A program made the translations under genes and the position numbers. From an uncultured delta proteobacterium (GTDB lineage: Bacteria > Myxococcota_A > Polyangia > Palsa-1104), in NCBI GenBank assembly GCA_963785725.1, contig CAWAWS010000016.1:288001-352000 (forward strand): a stretch of DNA of 64,000 bases. Reading direction: 5' to 3'. A model generated the notes under the pieces. That model was given only the letters and a program-made list of their open reading frames with translations, ran no database searches and was not told where the DNA came from. Each line of letters opens with the position of its first letter. The first letter of the stretch is position 1. This document shows positions 29,243 through 38,236 of this stretch, in pieces.

Positions 29243-30619
29243 TTACGAGGCGAGATCGGCGCCGATCTCGGCGAGGACGCGGGCGAACGTCGGGAAGCTG
29301 GTCGCGACATTGCGCGTGTCGCGGATGACGGTCTCGCCGGCGGCGCCGAGCGCGCAGATGGCGCCGGCCATGGCGATGCGATGGTCGCCGCGGCTCTCGA
29401 CGACGCCGGCGCGCACGCCCCGACCGCCGCGCACGGTCATGCCGTCGGGATGCTCTTCGACCTCGACGCCGAGCGCGCGCAGCATGGCGGCGGTGGCGGC
29501 GATGCGGTCGGACTCCTTGACGCGCAGCTCGGCGGCGTCGCGGATGCGCGTGTCGCCGTCGGCGTGGGCGGCGATGGCGGCGAGCAGCGGCAGCTCGTCG
29601 ATGGCGCGCACGGCCAGCTCGCCGGCGATCTCGATGCCGGCGAGCGTGCCGGCGACGCACACGAGGTCGGCCACCGGCTCGCCGCCGACGACGCGCTCGT
29701 TCTCGAGCGTGACGGCGGCGCCCATGGCGCGGAGCGCGTCCAAGACGCCGGTGCGCGTCGGGTTGACGCCGACGCCGCGCACGACGACGCGACTGTGGGG
29801 CACGACCGCCGCCGCGCCGAGCAGGAACGCCGCCGACGACAGATCGCCGGGCACCTCCAAGTCGCGCCCGGCCAGCTTGCCGTCCCAGCCGCGCGGATCG
29901 AGCCGCACCGTCAAGCCGTCGACGGTGAGCGGCGCGCCCATATACGCCAGCATGCGCTCCGAGTGATCGCGCGAACGCTCGGGCTCGGTCACCTGCGTGA
30001 CGCCTTCGGCCGCCAAGCCCGCGAGCAGAATGCACGACTTGACCTGCGCGCTCGCGACCTTCGACGTAAAGCTCATGCCGCTCAAGCGCTCGTGGCCGCG
30101 CGGGCCGATCTCGAGCGGCGGATAGGTCTCGCCCAACTTCGCGCCGGCCGAGCCGCCGATGTTGGCGCCCATTTGCCGCAGCGGATCGACGACGCGGCGC
30201 ATGGGACGCGCGTGCAAGTAGGCGTCACCGACGAGGCGCGCCGCGAACGGACGCGACGCCAGCAGGCCGGCGAGCAGGCGCATCGACGTGCCCGAGTTGC
30301 CGCAGTCGAGATCGACCGTCGGCGCGCGCAGGCCGTCGAGGCCGCGACCGTCGACGGTGACCATCCCGGCGGCGACGTCCTCGATGGCGACGCCGAGCGC
30401 GCGCAAGGCGCCGATGGTCGAGCGGTTGTCCTCGCCGCCCGACAGGCCGCGCACGGTCGCCTTGCCGTCGGCGATGGCCGCGAACAGCACGGCGCGATGG
30501 CCGATGGACTTGTCGCCCGGCACGCGCACGTCGCCGGCCAGCGCCGAAGCCGGCCCGCGCACGCGCAGCGTCTCGATGGGCGCGCCGCCATGCCCGGTTT
30601 CCGTTTCCGACGGGCTCAT
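29243..30619 (-). CDS. aroA: 3-phosphoshikimate 1-carboxyvinyltransferase (EPSP synthase)
   Basis: VPGDKSIGHR, DCGNSGT, RPM.R, SAQVKS, RDHSERML, ELRVKESDRI, DHRIAM. Confidence 0.97.
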   Translation of the reverse strand: MSPSETETGHGGAPIETLRVRGPASALAGDVRVPGDKSIGHRAVLFAAIADGKATVRGLSGGEDNRSTIGALRALGVAIEDVAAGMVTVDGRGLDGLRAPTVDLDCGNSGTSMRLLAGLLASRPFAARLVGDAYLHARPMRRVVDPLRQMGANIGGSAGAKLGETYPPLEIGPRGHERLSGMSFTSKVASAQVKSCILLAGLAAEGVTQVTEPERSRDHSERMLAYMGAPLTVDGLTVRLDPRGWDGKLAGRDLEVPGDLSSAAFLLGAAAVVPHSRVVVRGVGVNPTRTGVLDALRAMGAAVTLENERVVGGEPVADLVCVAGTLAGIEIAGELAVRAIDELPLLAAIAAHADGDTRIRDAAELRVKESDRIAATAAMLRALGVEVEEHPDGMTVRGGRGVRAGVVESRGDHRIAMAGAICALGAAGETVIRDTRNVATSFPTFARVLAEIGADLAS

Positions 30620-31581
30620 CGCGCCGCCTTGTCGGGCGAACGCGGGGTCAACGCCTGCATCTGCGCCAAACGCGTCACCAACTGATCGACGCGCCGCTCT
30701 GCCAACCGATAGGCCACGTGCACCTCCGCCTGCTTGGCCACCACTACGAATGGATCGACATAGGGCACGAGCCCCAACAGACGCATGGTCACTTGGCTCT
30801 TGAGCTCGTTGGCGCGCTGACGCATCAGCTCCGCCAGCGTGTTGGCTTCGGCCGCGCCGCGCGCGCCGCCGATGATGCCGACGTCGAAGCCGTCGCCGAT
30901 GGCGAACGACAGCGCCAGCCAGTCGAGCTCGGCGGCCGAGCCCCACTTCTCGGCGCGCAGCCGCTCGCGCAACGGCGCCGTCGCGACGAGGCCGAGCATG
31001 AGCGCCGGTCGGCCCAGCTTCGCCGTCGGCGCGCGGTCGAAGGCGTCGCGCAGCGGCTTGTCGATGGCGCCGCCGCGCACGCTGTCGTCTTGCCGCGAGC
31101 TGACGTCGAGCACGCGGCGAACCATGGCGCGGCTGCCGAACGCCAGCACGCGCGGCGTCACGCGGGCGATCGAGTCCTCGCCGTCGCGATCGACGACGGT
31201 GGCGCCGTGGTAATCGACTTCGGGCGCGCCGCCGCGCAAGGCGTCCCAGTCGAGGCGGCCGCGCACGATCGTCGCCGCTTCGGAATCGGCCGCGCCGGCG
31301 CGATAGACGCCGACGACGACCGCTTCGACGCGCGCCAACGGATCGTCGCCCAGCCGCTGCAGACGCTGCTTTCCCGCGGCCGGCAACAGATCGAGCAGGC
31401 GCCGCGCCGTGGGCCAGCTGTCCAGCTGCGCGACATCGACGTCGACGAGCAGATCGGGGCCCGACGGCATGAGATCGACCAAGTCCTCGCCGATCGGCCG
31501 ATCGGGCAGCGACACGATCGGCCCCTCGTGCGCGCAGCCGGCCAGCTGCGCCAACGCCAACGCCAACACCGCGCGCTTCAC
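30616..31581 (-). CDS. Hypothetical lipoprotein inside the aromatic amino acid operon
   Basis: Lipobox LAGC; 4-nt overlaps with tyrA and aroA. Confidence 0.7.
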   Translation of the reverse strand: MKRAVLALALAQLAGCAHEGPIVSLPDRPIGEDLVDLMPSGPDLLVDVDVAQLDSWPTARRLLDLLPAAGKQRLQRLGDDPLARVEAVVVGVYRAGAADSEAATIVRGRLDWDALRGGAPEVDYHGATVVDRDGEDSIARVTPRVLAFGSRAMVRRVLDVSSRQDDSVRGGAIDKPLRDAFDRAPTAKLGRPALMLGLVATAPLRERLRAEKWGSAAELDWLALSFAIGDGFDVGIIGGARGAAEANTLAELMRQRANELKSQVTMRLLGLVPYVDPFVVVAKQAEVHVAYRLAERRVDQLVTRLAQMQALTPRSPDKAAR

Positions 31582-32438
31582 CGGCGCGACTCCATGACGC
31601 GGCTGCGGCCCGAGCGCGCGCGGGCGACGATCGACTCGATGGCGTCTTCGTCGCCGTCGTCGATGGCGCGGCGCAAGGCCGCCAGCTCGTCGCCGAGCGC
31701 GTCGAGCGCGGCCAAGAGCGGCGCGCGGTTGGCGACGAAGATGTCGCGCCACATGGCCGGATCGGACGCGGCGATGCGCGTCGTGTCGGCGAAGCCGGCG
31801 CCCGACAGGCCGGCCACTTCGTCGGCGACGCCACCGACGGCAGCGGCGAGCGCGAACGCGGCGGCGTGCGGCAAATGGCTGACCCAGGCGATGACGCGAT
31901 CGTGATGCGCCGCCGTCAGCGTCATCGTGCGCGCGCCCGCCGCTTGCCACAGCGCCGTGCAGTGGTCGAGCGCGTCGGCGGCGGTGCGCGCCGTCGGCGT
32001 CAACAGCGCCAGCCGGTTGACGAAGAGCGCGCCGTCGGCCGCCTCCGGTCCGCTGCGCTCGGTGCCGGCCATCGGATGCGCGCCGCAGAAGCGCGAGGCG
32101 TCGTGCAGCGAGCGCTCGGCCGCGGCCACGACGTCGAGCTTGGTCGAGCCGACGTCGGTCACGAGCAGCGCGTGCGCGGCCGCCGGCGCGATCGCGGCGC
32201 ACACGTCGGCGGTCGCGCCCACCGGCACCGCGAGCACGATCACATCGGCGCCATGCGACGCCTCGAGCGCGTCGCCCACCGCTTCGTCGATGAGCCCGCG
32301 CGCCACCGCCGCCTCGGCGTGCTCGGGACGTCGATCGTAACCGCGCACGCGACCGACCGCGCCCGCGCGCCGCAGCGCCGCCATCAGCGAGCCGCCGATC
32401 ATGCCGCAGCCGATCAGCGTCGCTCGCGGAAAGATCAC
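31578..32438 (-). CDS. tyrA: Prephenate/arogenate dehydrogenase
   Basis: IGCGMIGGS, DVGSTK, HPMAGTE.SG, HD...A.VSHLPH, GF.DTTRIA. Confidence 0.93.
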   Translation of the reverse strand: MIFPRATLIGCGMIGGSLMAALRRAGAVGRVRGYDRRPEHAEAAVARGLIDEAVGDALEASHGADVIVLAVPVGATADVCAAIAPAAAHALLVTDVGSTKLDVVAAAERSLHDASRFCGAHPMAGTERSGPEAADGALFVNRLALLTPTARTAADALDHCTALWQAAGARTMTLTAAHHDRVIAWVSHLPHAAAFALAAAVGGVADEVAGLSGAGFADTTRIAASDPAMWRDIFVANRAPLLAALDALGDELAALRRAIDDGDEDAIESIVARARSGRSRVMESRR

Positions 32439-33559
32439 AACGTGTCCCGGAGCGCCGCCTGCAAGCGCGCGTTCTCCGCCGCCGTTCCGACGGTGACGCG
32501 CAGGTGATGAGGCAAGCCGTAGCCGTTCATGGGCCGCACGATGACGCCTTTGCGCAGCAGCTTGTCGTACAGCTGCCGCCCATCGCGCGTGCCGACACCG
32601 ACGAGGATGAAGTTGCACTGCGACGGCAACACGTCGAGCCCGAGCGCCGCCAGCGCCGCCGCCAGCCGCGGCCTCTCGGCGTCGTTGCCGCTGCGGGCGC
32701 GCGCCACGTGCTCGGCGTCGTCGAGCGCCGCCAGCGCCGCCGCTTGACCGGGCGCGCTCGTGTTGAACGGCAGCCGAATGCGATGCACGTAGTCGAGCAG
32801 CTCCGCCGACGCCACCGCATAGCCGACGCGCAAGCCGGCCAGCCCGTAAATCTTCGAGAACGTCCGCAGCGTCAGGATGCGCCCGCGCTTCGACAGATAA
32901 TCGAGCGAGTTGGGATAATCGGGCGCGCTCGCGTACTCGAAGTAGGCTTCGTCCATCGCCAACAGCACGCGCGGCGGCAGCTTGGCGACGAGCCGATCCA
33001 TCTCCGACTTCGGCAGATAGGCGCCCGTCGGATTGTTGGGATTGGCGAAGAAGACGATCTTCGTGCGCGGCGAGACCGCGGCCAAGAGCGCGTCGATGTC
33101 GTACTGCAAGGCCGGCGTGCACGGCGTCTCGCGGAAGCTGCGCCGGTTCTTCTGCGCGGCCAGCTTGTAGGCGACGAACGAATACTGCGGCGCCAGCACC
33201 TCGTCACCCTCGGCGCAGAACGTCTGCACCAAGAGATCGATGATCTCGTTGGAGCCGGCGCCGACCAGGATCTGCCCGGCCTCGACGCCGAGCAGGTGCG
33301 CGAGCTTGGTGCGCAGCGCGAACGTGCCGCCGTCGGGATAGCGGTGCGCCTCGGCCAAGGCCGCCTGCGCCGCCGCGATGCCGCGCGGCGACGGGCCGTA
33401 CGGGTTCTCGTTCGACGCCAACTTGATCGCGCCGTCCGCGCCCCAATCGTCGCCGAGCTCACGCTGCAGCTCTTCGATGGGCTTGCCCGGTTCATAAGGT
33501 GCGATGCCGGCGATGGCCGACTCGACGAGATCATCGGTATGACTGCCGCTAAAGCTCAC
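32435..33559 (-). CDS. hisC: Histidinol-phosphate aminotransferase
   Basis: YEPGKP, KLASNENP, NPNNPTG, DEAY.EY, RTFSKIYGLAGLRVGY. Confidence 0.95.
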   Translation of the reverse strand: MSFSGSHTDDLVESAIAGIAPYEPGKPIEELQRELGDDWGADGAIKLASNENPYGPSPRGIAAAQAALAEAHRYPDGGTFALRTKLAHLLGVEAGQILVGAGSNEIIDLLVQTFCAEGDEVLAPQYSFVAYKLAAQKNRRSFRETPCTPALQYDIDALLAAVSPRTKIVFFANPNNPTGAYLPKSEMDRLVAKLPPRVLLAMDEAYFEYASAPDYPNSLDYLSKRGRILTLRTFSKIYGLAGLRVGYAVASAELLDYVHRIRLPFNTSAPGQAAALAALDDAEHVARARSGNDAERPRLAAALAALGLDVLPSQCNFILVGVGTRDGRQLYDKLLRKGVIVRPMNGYGLPHHLRVTVGTAAENARLQAALRDTL

Positions 33560-34638
33560 GTTTGTTCTTGCGCCTCCGCGCGCGGATAGGAGCCGAGCAC
33601 CTTGACCAGCTCGCAGCGCTCGGTGAGCGCCGAAATCGCCGCTTGCACCGGCGCGTCGGCGTGATGGCCGTCGACGTCGATGAAGAAGACATAGTCCCAC
33701 GGCCGTTTACGCGACGGCCGCGACTCGATGCGCGACAAGTTGATGCCGGTCTCGGCCAGCGGCTGCAGCACCCTGAACAGCACGCCCGCTTCGTCCTTGA
33801 GGCTGAACAGGATCGACGTCTTGTCGCGCCCGGTCGCCGGCGCCGGATCGCGCCCGATGACGAGGAAGCGCGTCATGTTGTGCACTTCGTCTTCGATCTT
33901 GCGCTTGGTGATCTTGAGATCGTACAGCTGCCCCGCCAATTCCGACGAGACCGCCGCCGCCACCGGATCGTCCTTCGTCAGGCGCGCCGCCAGCGCCGTC
34001 GACGCCACTTCGATGAGCGCGACGCCGGGCAGATTCGCCGCCAGCCAGCCGCGGCACTGCGCCAGCGCCTGCGGGTGCGAATAGACCTTCTGCACGTTGT
34101 CGAGCGTCCCCGAGCGCGTCAACAAGCAGTGGCTCACTTTGGTGACGATCTCGGCCGAGATGCTCAGGCTCGACTCCATGAACAGATCGAGCGTCGAGAC
34201 GACCGCGCCTTCCGTCGAATTCTCGACGGGCACGACGCCGAGATCGGCCAAGCCCTTTTCGATCTCGGTGAACACGCCGGCGATCGTCGGCGCCGGCACG
34301 TAGCGCGCCGACAGGCCGAAGCGCGAGCGCGCCGCGATGTGCGTGAACGTCGCTTCCGGCCCCAAGAACGCCACGCGCAATGGATGCTCGAGCGACAAGC
34401 AGGCCGAGATGATCTCGTTGAACACCGGGCGCAGCGCCTCGGTCGGAAACGGCCCGGTGTTGTTCGCCTGCAGCCGCTCGAGGATCTGCCGCTCGCGATC
34501 GGGCACGTAGAAGGGCTTGTTCAGCTGCGTCTTGAGCGCGCCCACCTCGCGCACGTGACGCGCGCGTTCGTTGAGCAGCTCGAGCAGCTGGTCGTCGAGA
34601 GAATCGATTGCCTGTCGGAGCTCGGGCAGCGTCGCCAC
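33556..34638 (-). CDS. pheA: Chorismate mutase/prephenate dehydratase (P-protein)
   Basis: LRQAID..D..LL.LLNER, LGPEATF, PVENSTEG, SHPQAL.QC, TRF, IESRP. Confidence 0.96.
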   Translation of the reverse strand: MATLPELRQAIDSLDDQLLELLNERARHVREVGALKTQLNKPFYVPDRERQILERLQANNTGPFPTEALRPVFNEIISACLSLEHPLRVAFLGPEATFTHIAARSRFGLSARYVPAPTIAGVFTEIEKGLADLGVVPVENSTEGAVVSTLDLFMESSLSISAEIVTKVSHCLLTRSGTLDNVQKVYSHPQALAQCRGWLAANLPGVALIEVASTALAARLTKDDPVAAAVSSELAGQLYDLKITKRKIEDEVHNMTRFLVIGRDPAPATGRDKTSILFSLKDEAGVLFRVLQPLAETGINLSRIESRPSRKRPWDYVFFIDVDGHHADAPVQAAISALTERCELVKVLGSYPRAEAQEQT

Positions 34639-34660
34639 GGTTTGCTATACTACCCCGAAC
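34639..34660. promoter_or_regulatory. Putative bidirectional promoter with overlapping -10 elements
   Basis: TGcTATACT on + (34646-34651) and TAGTAT on - (34652-34647) within a 22-bp divergent spacer. Confidence 0.5.
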
Positions 34661-35896
34661 ATGGACGGCGGCAATCTCCTCGCGCACGGCTGGTTTCTCG
34701 CCTTCGGATTGGCTTTCGTACAAGGCATTCTGACGAGCCTCACGCCCTGCGTTTATCCACTCATTCCCATCACGATGTCGATCTTCGGCGCCCGCGGCGA
34801 GAACGTCTCACGCGGTCGCGCCATGTTCCTGGCCACGATGTACGTCGGCGGCATCGGCGTCATGTACGCGTCGCTCGGCGTCTCGTCGGCGCTGGCGGGC
34901 AAGGCGTTCGGCACCTTCATGGCCAACCGCTTCATCATCATTCCGCTGGTGCTGCTCTTCTCGGCGATGGCGGCGTCGATGTTCGGCGCCTTCGAGCTCA
35001 GCCTGCCGACGAACCTGCAGACGCGGCTGTCGGCCATCGGCGGCAAAGGCATCGGCGGCGCGTTCGCCATGGGTCTCGTCGGCGGCATCATCGCCGCGCC
35101 CTGCACCGGCCCGGTCTTGGCGACGATGCTGGCCTACGTCGCCACCACGCGCTCGGTGGTGCTCGGCGGCTCCTTGCTCTTTACGTACGCGCTCGGTATG
35201 GGCGTGCTCTTCTTCGCCATCGCCGCCTTCGCCATGTCGCTGCCCAAGTCGGGCCCGTGGATGGAGGCGATCAAGAGCATCTTCGGCGTCATGATGACGG
35301 TGGCGGCGCTCTACTTCGCGCGCAACGTCGTGCCGCAGCTGGCGGCGCACGCCATGCACACGCGGCCGTTCCTCTACACCTGCGCGGCGCTGTTGGTCGC
35401 CGGCGTGGCGATCGGCGGCATCCATCTGTCGTTTCACGACACGCGCGGCAAGCAGGTGCGCAAGGCGATCGGCCTGACCGCCGTCGTGCTCGGCATCTTC
35501 GGCATGATCTCGTGGACGCTGACGCCACCGCCGACGCGGGCGCACGCGGCGCCGCTCAATTGGATCCATGGCGAGGCCGCGGGCATGGCGGCGGCGCGCG
35601 CAGCGCACAAGCCGGCGGTGATCGACTTCTTCGCCGACTGGTGCATCCCGTGCAAAGAGATGGACGTCAAGACGTTCTCGAACGAGGAAGTGGCCAAAGA
35701 GCTGGCGCGCTTTCAGCTCGTCAAGATGGACTGCTCGTCAGACGATGACCCGACGGTGAAGGAAACGACGGCGCGCTATCACGCCGACACGCTGCCGACG
35801 ATCGTGCTCATGGGCTCCGACGGTAAAGTGGCGGTGAAGATCGATCACTTCACGAAGCCCGACGAGCTCTTGCCGCTGCTCCGTCAAACTCACTGA
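34661..35896 (+). CDS. dsbD: DsbD/CcdA-like thiol:disulfide interchange protein with C-terminal thioredoxin domain
   Basis: SLTPCVYPLIP, AAPCTGP, DFFADWCIPCK. Confidence 0.9.
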   Translation: MDGGNLLAHGWFLAFGLAFVQGILTSLTPCVYPLIPITMSIFGARGENVSRGRAMFLATMYVGGIGVMYASLGVSSALAGKAFGTFMANRFIIIPLVLLFSAMAASMFGAFELSLPTNLQTRLSAIGGKGIGGAFAMGLVGGIIAAPCTGPVLATMLAYVATTRSVVLGGSLLFTYALGMGVLFFAIAAFAMSLPKSGPWMEAIKSIFGVMMTVAALYFARNVVPQLAAHAMHTRPFLYTCAALLVAGVAIGGIHLSFHDTRGKQVRKAIGLTAVVLGIFGMISWTLTPPPTRAHAAPLNWIHGEAAGMAAARAAHKPAVIDFFADWCIPCKEMDVKTFSNEEVAKELARFQLVKMDCSSDDDPTVKETTARYHADTLPTIVLMGSDGKVAVKIDHFTKPDELLPLLRQTH

Positions 35897-36249
35897 TCTT
35901 CGTCGCGCTTCTCGGCTGCTTCGTCGGTGTTTGCCGCTTCGGGCTCGCCCGAGAAGACGAGCGCGACCAGCGCCACGGCGAGCGCCGAGCCGACGACGAT
36001 CTGCGCGCGGCTGTCGAGGTCGTGCTCGACGCCGCCGGTCGTCGCCCACACGCCGATGGCGGTGACGATCGTGATGAGGCCGGCGACGATGCGGCGCCGC
36101 ACCAGCGCCGCGCCCGCCGCGGCGCCGGCGATGAAGGCGAGCGCCAGCGCCGCCATCTCCGCGTCTTCGCCGGGTAGCCGCAGCTTCCAGATGGCGAAGG
36201 CCGCGCCCAAGCTGGCGACGATGACGATGGCGACGCGGCTTGCGTGCAT
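35890..36249 (-). CDS. Small membrane protein
   Basis: Four hydrophobic segments and an acidic tail. Confidence 0.6.
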   Translation of the reverse strand: MHASRVAIVIVASLGAAFAIWKLRLPGEDAEMAALALAFIAGAAAGAALVRRRIVAGLITIVTAIGVWATTGGVEHDLDSRAQIVVGSALAVALVALVFSGEPEAANTDEAAEKRDEDQ

Positions 36250-36273
36250 CGCTCGATCTTCTATCATGCGTCC

Positions 36274-37440
36274 GTGCAAGCGCGCTGCGTGGTCACCGCC
36301 ATCGGAGTCGTGTCGCCGCTCGGCGTCGGTGAAGCGGCGTTCTTCGACGGGCTCGCCGCCGGCCAAAGCGGCATCGGACGCGACGAAGACGGCACGCCGG
36401 CGGCGCGCGTCGGCGACTTCGGCGCCAAGCAGCACATCGCGCCCGGCAGCTTGCGACGGTTGCCGCGGCTGTCGCAGATGGCGATCGTCGCCGGCAAGCA
36501 GGCGCTGACCGCGGGCGCGCCGCCATACGATCCCACGCGCATCGGCGCCGTCCTCGGCACCGGCTTGGGAACGCTCGACGAGACCGTCCACTTCATGCGC
36601 GGCTATCTCGACGGCGGCCCGGAAGCGGCGTCGCCGCTCTTGTTCCCGTCGTCGGTGATGAACGCGGCCGCGGGTCAGCTGGCGCTCGAATGCAAGCTGC
36701 GCGGCGTGAACTCGACGGTGAACCACCGCGACGCCTCGCCGCTGCAAGCGCTGGCGATGGCGTGCGATCTGCTCGCGCTCGGCCGCGCCGACGCGCTGCT
36801 CGTCGGCGCGGTCGACGAGCTGAACGCGCCGGCGTTGGCCGGCTATCGCACATTCGGCGGCCTCTCCCCCACTGCGATGCGACCGTATGCGACGACGCGC
36901 GACGGCCTCGTCCTCGGTGAAGGCGCGGCCATGCTGCTCGTCGAGCGCGAAGACGACGCGCGCCGACGCGGTGCCACCCTTCGCGCCGTCATCGACGGCC
37001 GCGGCGAATCGGGCGACGTCCGCCCGCGCGTCGGCTGGGGCAGCGACGAGCACGGCGCGTGGCGCGAAGGCGCGCGCGCGGTGAAAGAGGCCGCCGCCGG
37101 CCGCGCGATCGACTGGATCGCCGGCGGCGGCAACGGCACGCGCAGCTACGACGAGCGCGAGCTGGCGACGCTCACGTCGGGCCTCGGCCGGCTACCGATG
37201 ACATCATCCATCCTGCCGCAAACGGGCGAGTCGCTCTCGTCGGCGATGCTGCGGGTCTTGGCGGCGATCTACGCGCTCGAGCGGCAGACGATCGTGCCGA
37301 CGCTCGGCCTGACCGATCCGCTGCCGCACTTCACGACGTCGCTGCCGTCGACGGCGCGCGCAGCCACGATTGATCGCGTGCTCGTCCCGTCGTTCGCCCA
37401 AGGCGGCGCCAACATCGCGCTCGTCTTGAGCCGCGCCTAA
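36274..37440 (+). CDS. Beta-ketoacyl synthase-like protein lacking the catalytic triad (chain-length-factor-like)
   Basis: VVTAIGVVSPLG, ASPLLFPSSVMNAAAG, LGEGAA; NHRDAS in place of TACAS; GNGT in place of HGTGT; GES in place of GH. Confidence 0.8.
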   Translation: MQARCVVTAIGVVSPLGVGEAAFFDGLAAGQSGIGRDEDGTPAARVGDFGAKQHIAPGSLRRLPRLSQMAIVAGKQALTAGAPPYDPTRIGAVLGTGLGTLDETVHFMRGYLDGGPEAASPLLFPSSVMNAAAGQLALECKLRGVNSTVNHRDASPLQALAMACDLLALGRADALLVGAVDELNAPALAGYRTFGGLSPTAMRPYATTRDGLVLGEGAAMLLVEREDDARRRGATLRAVIDGRGESGDVRPRVGWGSDEHGAWREGARAVKEAAAGRAIDWIAGGGNGTRSYDERELATLTSGLGRLPMTSSILPQTGESLSSAMLRVLAAIYALERQTIVPTLGLTDPLPHFTTSLPSTARAATIDRVLVPSFAQGGANIALVLSRA

Positions 37441-37454
37441 CGATTACTGCGGCG

Positions 37455-37601
37455 CTAAACAGTGTCGCGTGGGTTGAGAGACGAGCGAGAGACAAGGAGG
37501 GAGCGAGGAGCCGGCGCAGCATACGTTTGGTATGTGAGCAGGCACCGCAGCGCCGGACGCTGGATCTCGCGATGGATCACAGGCCACGCGACACTGTTTA
37601 G
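37455..37601. repeat. 147-bp palindromic MITE/ERIC-like element with perfect 18-bp terminal inverted repeats
   Basis: ctaaacagtgtcgcgtgg (37455-37472) and ccacgcgacactgtttag (37584-37601); central CATAC-N5-GTATG hairpin. Confidence 0.75.
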
Positions 37602-38155
37602 TTTACGGTGACGAGCTCGGAGCCGTCGCGGCCGCAGAACGTGGCCTCGAGGTCGTACTTCGTGGCGCACACGGGGCAGATCTTGCCCTCGCCGTGGAAG
37701 TGCACCGACGAGGCGCCGCGCGTCTCTTCGCCCTCGACGTGCACGCCGCCCTCGGCGTGCGTCGACTGCCAGATCGGCAGCGGCACCAGCTCCTCGGCGT
37801 CGACCGCGCAGAAGCGAATGCCGGATTCGTAGACGCGGCGGCAGCGCGGGCACTTGCCGCCCGTCGGCGCGCGCTCGGCGGCCGCGGCTTCGCCCGACGC
37901 CACGAGCCGGCAGGCGTCGACCGGGCAGAACACCGTGCCGCTCGGGTAGCTGCGACGACAGGCCGGGCAGCCCATCGGCAACGCGCCCATGGCCGCGCGC
38001 TCGGCGGCCCCGACACGGGAAACACCGGCTCGAAACCACCAGAAGACGGCCGCCGCCGAGGCTGCCAGCAAGACCAGGACGACGCCTAGCCAGACCAGCG
38101 CGCCCGAGCTCGCGTGCACCGACAGAGCCGCTTCGTAGATCGCCACTGCGAGCAT
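37598..38155 (-). CDS. Membrane-anchored protein with three zinc-ribbon repeats
   Basis: TM helix, then three CPxC..xY.....FCxxD...L repeats. Confidence 0.8.
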   Translation of the reverse strand: MLAVAIYEAALSVHASSGALVWLGVVLVLLAASAAAVFWWFRAGVSRVGAAERAAMGALPMGCPACRRSYPSGTVFCPVDACRLVASGEAAAAERAPTGGKCPRCRRVYESGIRFCAVDAEELVPLPIWQSTHAEGGVHVEGEETRGASSVHFHGEGKICPVCATKYDLEATFCGRDGSELVTVN

Positions 38156-38236
38156 GTCCGTTGCTGAACGAAAAGGATACCAAGACCAAGGCGCGGCGGT
38201 CAACGCGACACATTCGTGCTAGATTCCCGTCGCCGA

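Noticed and set aside
29243..31834. 863-aa extended AroA
   Set aside because: The upstream part is off-frame read-through over the lipoprotein and tyrA; AroA homology starts near 30619
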